Notes under the pieces: model-generated
What the model saw: only the letters and a program-made list of their open reading frames with translations
What the model was told of the DNA's origin: nothing
The model's database searches: none
Made by a program: the position numbers and the translations under genes
Part shown: positions 57,459 to 64,000 of the stretch, piece after piece
How positions within the stretch are numbered: the first letter of the stretch is position 1
Layout: each line of letters begins with the position of its first letter
DNA from: the human T2T-CHM13v2.0 reference genome, Homo sapiens
NCBI RefSeq assembly: GCF_009914755.1
Contig: NC_060942.1
Length of the DNA: 64,000 bases
Direction: 5' to 3' (one strand)

Positions 57459-58339
57459 GGTGAGAGTCTTGACAATACCCGTTTTCACCCCATTCTTTTC
57501 CTTTATAGACATGCTTATCTTCTACTTCTCTTCTTTATCCCTCTACTGTGCTTCCCTTTTCTTGCCCTCCTTCCCTCTGTCACACTGGCAGTCTCCTTCC
57601 CTTTGTCCTGTGTGATGGTAGACCATGGAGTGAAGGGAAGGGGGTCCGGTGCCGCTTGCTCATGCTGCAGCCCCCGGACTCACCAAAGCCAGAATCTATA
57701 AGGCAGAGAGGCCTGACTTATGGAAATCCTTGTGGGAATTAAAGTTCTAGATAATTCTTTTCTGGCTCACTTGCAGTCAGGCAGAAATTCTTTGGATTTT
57801 CATTTCTTTTTGCAAAGATTTATTTTTAAAAATTGATCAGTGACATGCACGTAATATACAAGGCTGAATAGACTAGCATAAGACACATTGAGCCAAGCAG
57901 CTTCGGTCTGCCCTTTGCCCTCCACACCAGAGGCAAAATCCCTCAACCGCAGTGCGCTTTTAACTCTTCTTCAGGCATTTCTTTCCTGAAAGACATAAAT
58001 TACCAAGCAAATTTACAACCAAAGATTAGATTTCTATTTGTCTATTTTTAAATTTCTGATATTGCTTATGTTATTCATATTGTGGAAGAAATGTCCTTTT
58101 CTGTTCTAATATAGCTTATTATTTGTTTTATTGTTAATATAGAAATGATGTTTACTGTTGAGCCAAGTATAACATCATACAGGTAGTTACAGTTTCTTAA
58201 ACAACTTTTTCTTTTCCTGGTCATAATAATTGCCTCACTTTCTTTGGATTGTTTTGTTTTCCATAGCATTTTTACAAATTCTTACCAAACTCTCTATCAC
58301 ATTATAAAATTCCTTCAAATACTATTTTTTAAAATACTC

Positions 58340-58481
58340 TTTTTTTTTCCTTTCTTTTATTGAGATGGGGTCTTGCTATGTTGTCCAGGCTGGTCTTGAA
58401 CCCCTGACCTCAAGTGGTCCTCTTGCCTTACCCTCCTAAGTAATCCCAAAGTGTTGGGATTATGGATGTGAGCCACTGTGC
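58340..58481 (-). mobile_element. FLAM/Alu left monomer, antisense, inside HAL1
   Basis: gagatggggtcttgctatgttgtccaggctggtcttgaac...gggattat..atgtgagccactgtg; aatact(c/g)tttt on both flanks. Confidence 0.88.
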
Positions 58482-59480
58482 AGTAATACTGTTTTCATGT
58501 GGCCACATTTGTCAGCAGTCCCATTGTTTCCAGTCCCCTCTCCTCTCCTCCAGATCTCCTCCCAGAGTCCCCGCCCTCCTGCTCCCCTGTGGAATGGCTG
58601 CAGAGATCCCTGCGCAGCTGTGTGCTTGGGAAGCTTTCCACCTCTGTCAGGTGCAGCCTTATTTTGTTGTTCCTCTTTCTTGGTTTGTGTTAGTACCTTT
58701 TTGAGAAGGAGTGTTGAGAAGGTTAATTTTTTTTGAGCTCCTATATGTTTGAAAATGGCTTTATTCTATTCTCATACTTGATTAATGGTTTGGCTGGGCA
58801 GATAATTCTAGATTGGAAATCACCCTTCCCCCTCAATACCTTGAAGGTAGCTGCTCTATTGTTTTCAAGCTTCTGGATTAATTCTTGAAAAATCTCAAGC
58901 TGTTCTGATTTCTGACCTTCATGGGACCTGTTGGATTTTTCTCTGGAAGGCTTCAGAACCACCTCTTTGCTCTCATTGTTTGGACACTTCACAGGGAGAT
59001 GTCTTTCGGGTGGGTTCTTTCCCCCATCCATTTTGCTGGGCACTCAGAGGCCTTTTCTATCTAGAAATGCAGACTTTCAGTTCTAGGAAACAGGCTTTGT
59101 AGTTTTTGTTCCTAATTTTCTCCCTATCATTTCCTCCATTCTTTCTCTCTTTCCAGTGAAATGTGCAATTTCTGACGGGTTCCTTCAACGTTTGCATCTT
59201 TTTTCCTCCCATTCCCCATTTCTCTGTCTTCTCATTCCGGTTTCTGAGAGTCCCCAGCTTTGTCTTCCAATTGCCCTGTTGAATTTCATTTCACCTCGTA
59301 CATTTCTAATTTCCAAGAGCTCCTTTTCTTGTTTTCTCATTGATCCTTCTTCAAGAGCTTCCTGTTGTTGCATGGATCCAACATCTTATTTTCCTGAGGG
59401 TATGGATTATATTGTTTTGAAGTTAATTTTTTTCTAGCCCTTGCATTAACTCTGTTCCTCGAGTTCATTGTTTAAAAATT

Positions 59481-59797
59481 ATTCTTTAATTTCTGGGATA
59501 CATGTGCAGAACGTGCGGGTTTGTTACATAGGTATACACGTGCCATGGTGGTTTGCTGCACCCATCAATCCATCATCTACATTAGGTATTTCTCCTAATG
59601 CTCTCCCTCCTCTTGCCCCCCACCCCTGGACAGGCCCCGGTGTGTGATGTTCCCCTCTCTGTGTCCATGTGTTCTCATTGTTCAACTCCCACTTATGAGT
59701 GAGAGCATGCGGTGTTTGGTTTTCTGTTCCTGTGTTGGTTTGCTGAGAATGATGGTTTCCAGTTTCATCCATGTCCCTGCAAAGGACATGATTCTCT
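59481..59797 (-). mobile_element. 5'-truncated primate L1PA 3' end (~320 bp), inside HAL1
   Basis: gatacatgtgcagaacgtgc..gtttgttacataggtatacacgtgccatggtggtttgctgcaccc...catccatgtccctgcaaaggacatga; TSD gagttcatt(g)tttaaaaatt at 59461 and 59798. Confidence 0.93.
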
Positions 59798-61246
59798 GAG
59801 TTCATTTTTAAAAATTTGGTAGGTTCTCTTTCTCTTTTCACTTTGTAATCAAACGACCGATCACTCTTAGGCTCTCTGTTCATGCCAAAGAGTAGGTCAC
59901 TAAAGCTGTCTAGAATGTCTGTGTGCCTTGAGGGTGAGAATGGACTTTTCAATGAATGGGCTTCATTATACAGTGGCCAGTTGGGGACCCAGTGATTTAT
60001 CAGGGGTGCTCTCAACCAGAAGTATCTGCAGAGCTCTTCCTAGGACCAATGATTTTCTTTAGAGAAGCATCCCCCAGTTTCACCCTGGGGCTGTGGAGGG
60101 TGCAGGGGAGGGGCACACGCTTAGGTAACAGTGTTTTTGGCACCAAGTAGTAGAAGAGGAGAGGGATTCCAAAGTTCCATATTCAGACTTTCACTTAATC
60201 CTGCTGTGTTTGTTAGCATGGTGCTGCACCCCTGCCCTCTCCTGCCTCGGGTCAACCCCCACTCCTATTGGAGCCTCTCTGGAAAGAAAGTCACTGCCTT
60301 GCATGAGAAAGGGGAGGAGCCCTGGGCAGAATTGCTCCTTACACAGATTGCAATCAGTCTCCCTGTTCTCGGCTCTGCCCTTTCTCCTGCCTTCCAAAGT
60401 AGCCACTGCCTCCAATTCCTGACCCTTCCAGCATTGTGCAGCAAGACTTGTCCATTCCTTCTTGACCACTCCTTTGGTAGGTGCTTGGTGTTCAATTTCT
60501 CAACTCTGCTAATTCCTCCATCTGCTTTCTTTTTCTTCCAAAAATTTGTTGACATCTGTTGCCTGCTGATGTCACCTTTCCTGTTATCTGTCCTTGTCTG
60601 TTTATTGTCTCTATTCCTTTGTTCTCATTTTAGTGGGTATTGGGAGGAGCAGACATGTACTGAATCTGCCATGTTTAGCAGCAAGTTTTCTGTAAATCTT
60701 TCTGAAATGCCGGGTCTACTTCTTGGCCTCATTAAAGGCCTCCCTTTGGCACCTAGAGCTGGATTTTTGCTTAGAGAGAATTTGTAAGGTTTTCTTGTCA
60801 TCAAGCTCAATTTTATTTAGAAAAGGACTAGAGCTCAAATTGAATGTAGCCTGAACCCAGCTTATACCTGGACATGTTTGCTTTTAAATAAATGATAATG
60901 TTATAACACATTATTTAACTATTACTTAAATTAAAAACTATTTCGTGTGATCTGAGTCTTTTTTTTCCTTAAAAGTGTATGCAAAACAACTTCTGGTTGT
61001 TTTATTCTCTGGGAATTAGGGCTCCATATGGATTGAGTCCTGGCTGGCCAGGCTTCAGTGAAATTCTGAGCTTGGCTAGGCTGGACTAACTTTTCTCCAT
61101 GTGGCATCTTTAAAAAGGTAGTAGGGTCAGTGGGCTTGCATAGGAGTCTAATTCAAAAGGCCAAGCTTTAGGAACCTTAAAACTTTTAAACAAGTATGTT
61201 AATTATAAAAAGGATGCTTATGTATTCATTAAAGATACACTTCCCC

Positions 61247-61665
<419 letters not shown>

Positions 61666-61679
61666 TCACCAGCCCCAGG

Positions 61680-62240
61680 CTGCCCCGGGTGGGCACAAGG
61701 GTCAGTGTGGCGGCCGCTCGTGCTGGTCGTCATGGAGATGTCTCTGTCCTTGCCTTCCAGGTGCCCCCTTTCAAAGGTCTCAGCATCCTCACGCTACCTC
61801 CTGCCGCCACTTCCACCTGGGCCCCCCGCAGCCGCAGCAGCTCGCTCCCGACTTCCCGCTGGCCCACCCCGTGCAGTCGCAGCCAGGCCTCAGCGCCCAC
61901 ATGGCCCCGGCCCACCAGCACAGCGGCGCCCTGCACCAGTCGCTGACCCCGCTGCCCACCCTGCAGTTCCAGGACGTCACAGGTCCCTCCTTCCTACCTC
62001 AGGCCCTGCACCAGCAATACCTCCTGCAGCAGCAGCTCCTGGAAGCCCAGCACCGCAGGCTGGTCTCGCACCCCAGGTTGGTGCTGCCTGGGGCGGAGGT
62101 GGGGACCCGGATGGGGTCGGGTGAGGGGGCAGGGCCAGGGCGTGGGCAGGGCCAGGACGAGGGCGTGGCCCGGGTGTGGCGGAGACGGGGGCGGGGCTAC
62201 AGGCTCCTAGACTCCTGGCTTCTCTCCCTGGCCTGGCCGG
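61680..62240. promoter_or_regulatory. Intragenic CpG-rich/GC-rich patch over exon 2 and its flanks
   Basis: Visibly high CpG density (cggccgctcg, gccgccac, cagcggcgcc, gggcggaggt) against a CpG-poor intron. Confidence 0.55.
61761..62076 (+). CDS. RNF165: Coding exon (probably exon 2) of RNF165/ARK2C, Arkadia-like RING E3 ubiquitin ligase
   Basis: Acceptor tctctgtccttgccttccag| at 61760 and donor CCCAG|gttggt at 62076; 316 nt, phase 1 in and phase 2 out. Translation (G)APFQRSQHPHATSCRHFHLGPPQPQQLAPDFPLAHPVQSQPGLSAHMAPAHQHSGALHQSLTPLPTLQFQDVTGPSFLPQALHQQYLLQQQLLEAQHRRLVSHP(R) matches the ARK2C N-terminal region as I recall it. GC3-rich codons. Confidence 0.95.
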
Positions 62241-63859
62241 CAGTCACCAAGTGGGTCTCTGTAGGAAGTAGCTATTGTTTCAGAGGCATCCACTTCAGGC
62301 AGTGAGCACTGTCCTGATCTGACAGGGGCTCCCTCAGAAGCCAGTGTGTGTCCCCATTGCATCACCCAGGTGCAGGGTCGGGGACGGGTAACTGGTGGTC
62401 CACGATCCTCACAGTGGACTCCTGCATGGTGCGGGAGGAAATTTGACTAGGGAACTCCTCATGTCCCCTCCAGCTTTATGACTGCCTGATTCTAACACCC
62501 AAGCACCCTAAAGAATACCAAAAGGAAATGGCTGGTTCCAGGAACGGCTGGTTCCCACCCTCAAGAATTCTCACCCTCAAGAGTTCTCAAGAGCCCACGG
62601 TCTAGATAGAGTCCGGCTGCATATTAATAATTAGGAAACAAGCAGGGAGTGAAATTAGACAATTCTAATCAAATAGGTCTGGAGTAGTTGTGGGGCCCTG
62701 GGTAAGTCACTGTGCCTCTCTGAGCCTCAACTGTCAAGAGAAAGAGTTGGATAGTCAGTGGATCTCAAACTTTTTGGTCTCAGGACTCTTTTCCACTCTT
62801 ACAAATTAATGAAGACTACGAAGAGCTTCTGTTTATGTGGGTTTTGACTATTGATGTTTACCATATTAAAAATAAAAACTAAAAAGTTTTAAATATTTAT
62901 TAATTGTCTTAAAAATAACAACAAATTCATGTTAACACCAATAATATATTTTTATGAAAAATAACCACTATATATAAATTTAGTGAGAAGAATGACTTTT
63001 TAAAACATATTTGCAAATCTCTTTAATGCGTGGCTTAATAGAAGGCAGCTGTGTTCTTATGTCTGCTTCTGCATTCATTCTTGCAGAATCTGTGTCATGT
63101 AGTTTCTGGAAAACCTCTCTGTTCATTTGTGACAGAATGAGAGTGAAAAGGCAAATAGCCTTATAGTATTATTAGGAAAATGGTTTTGACCTCTTGAACC
63201 ACCTGAAAGGGTTGCAGGGACTCCCAAGGATGCTCGGAGCACACTTTCAGAACTGCTGGACTAGATCATCTCTAAGGCCCTAAGCATACATGACCATAGG
63301 GCTTGGGATGCTTGAGATAGAAGGTGAGCGCTGTAGGAGGTCAGAAGGAGAAGAGGTCACCATGACCTGGGATGTTCAAGGAGGCCTTCCTGGAGGAGGA
63401 AGGCTTTGACCTGTGCCATGAAAGCTGGGAAGAGTGTTGAAAAAGGGTTGAGGAGAGGAGAAGAGCATGATGGGAGTAGAGGGGTGCATAGAGCCTGTAG
63501 GAGGCGAGTCTGTGTGTCTTGAAGATGGCCCACCAAGGACAGAGGGAAGAAAGGCAAAGAGGCAGAGAGTGTGGGTGGAGCCAGGTAATCTACCACAGAC
63601 ACACCAAGGGAGAGACCTCTGCACAGCGGGCAGCCCGGAGACAGCCAGAGTTCCTGAGCTGCAGATGAACAGCAGTTCATCTGGGAAGCTTCCTTGGAGT
63701 TTGTCAAGAGTGGTGAAGCTCAGTGCTTGCTAGACTGTGGGTGCTAAGTGGGGCTGCAAGAGTGGGGCACCCTCAGGCTGCCCCGGTTTCTCAGAGCTCT
63801 TGAGAACTAGTGGCCTGGGTAGCCCCTGACACGAGGGCTCTCCATCCCTTCTGGTGCAG
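62077..63859 (+). other. RNF165: Intron (1783 bp) between the two coding exons
   Basis: GT...AG boundaries; frame preserved across the splice. Confidence 0.93.
62756..63258. mobile_element. hAT-Charlie non-autonomous element (Charlie4a-like, ~500 bp) inserted in a MIR
   Basis: TIR-like ends cagtggatctcaaac... and ...actttcagaactgctg; MIR sequence on both sides (gggtaagtcact..cctctctgagcctca and gactagatcatctctaaggccc). Confidence 0.7.
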
Positions 63860-63967
63860 GCGGAGTCAGGAGCGTGTATCTGTCCACCCCCACCGCCTCC
63901 ATCCCAGCTTCGACTTCGGCCAGCTGCAGACACCTCAGCCCAGGTATTTGGCTGAGGGCACTGACTG
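63860..63967 (+). CDS. RNF165: Next coding exon (probably exon 3) of RNF165/ARK2C
   Basis: Acceptor tccatcccttctggtgcag| at 63859 and donor ACTG|gtgagt at 63967; 108 nt, phase 2/2. Joins the previous exon in frame (AG|G = Arg) and encodes RSQERVSVHPHRLHPSFDFGQLQTPQPRYLAEGTD(W). Confidence 0.95.
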
Positions 63968-64000
63968 GTGAGTCTTCAGGGCCCCTGGGGGAGGAAGGGA

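Larger units (their letters stand above)
57810..60690 (-). mobile_element. Near full-length HAL1 (half-L1, ORF1-only LINE derivative) carrying two nested insertions
   Basis: Minus-strand ORF1p remnants KELLEIRNVRGEMK (coiled coil, 59185-59373) and FKVLRGKGDFQSRIICPAKPLIKYENRIKPFS (C-terminal domain, 58741-59043). No ORF2 follows; tacttggctcaacagtaaaca matches the HAL1 3' region as I recall it. 5' end resembles aaacatggcaga (~60676). Confidence 0.72.

Noticed and set aside
58741-59373. Domesticated ORF1p gene (L1TD1-like)
   Set aside because: The remnants are in separate short frames with stops and frameshifts inside a decayed element.

Overview
This is primate (almost certainly human) genomic DNA, not prokaryotic. 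About 61.7 kb of it is the 3' part of a very long first intron of the + strand gene RNF165/ARK2C (Arkadia-like RING E3 ligase). Two clean coding exons lie near the right end (61761-62076 and 63860-63967). They splice in frame to give GAPFQRSQHPHATSCRHFHLGPP...QHRRLVSHPR-RSQERVSVHPHRLHPSFDFGQLQTPQPRYLAEGTDW, which I recognise as ARK2C. The intron holds 15 Alu/FLAM copies (many with visible TSDs), a near full-length HAL1, L1/L2/MIR fragments, MaLR LTRs, hAT and Tc2 MITEs, simple repeats and a GT-rich minisatellite of about 920 bp. Nearly all ORFs in the supplied track are spurious. I see no new protein-coding or CRISPR-like system. The most notable sequence-level observations are two old templated-insertion mosaics (7138-7436 and 11347-11539) stitched from direct and inverted copies of nearby unique DNA, a perfect-core REST/RE1 site, a UG/UGCAUG-rich minisatellite, and in-frame alternative splice sites at both exons. 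Repeat-family names and the gene call are from memory of consensus sequences, not from database searches.
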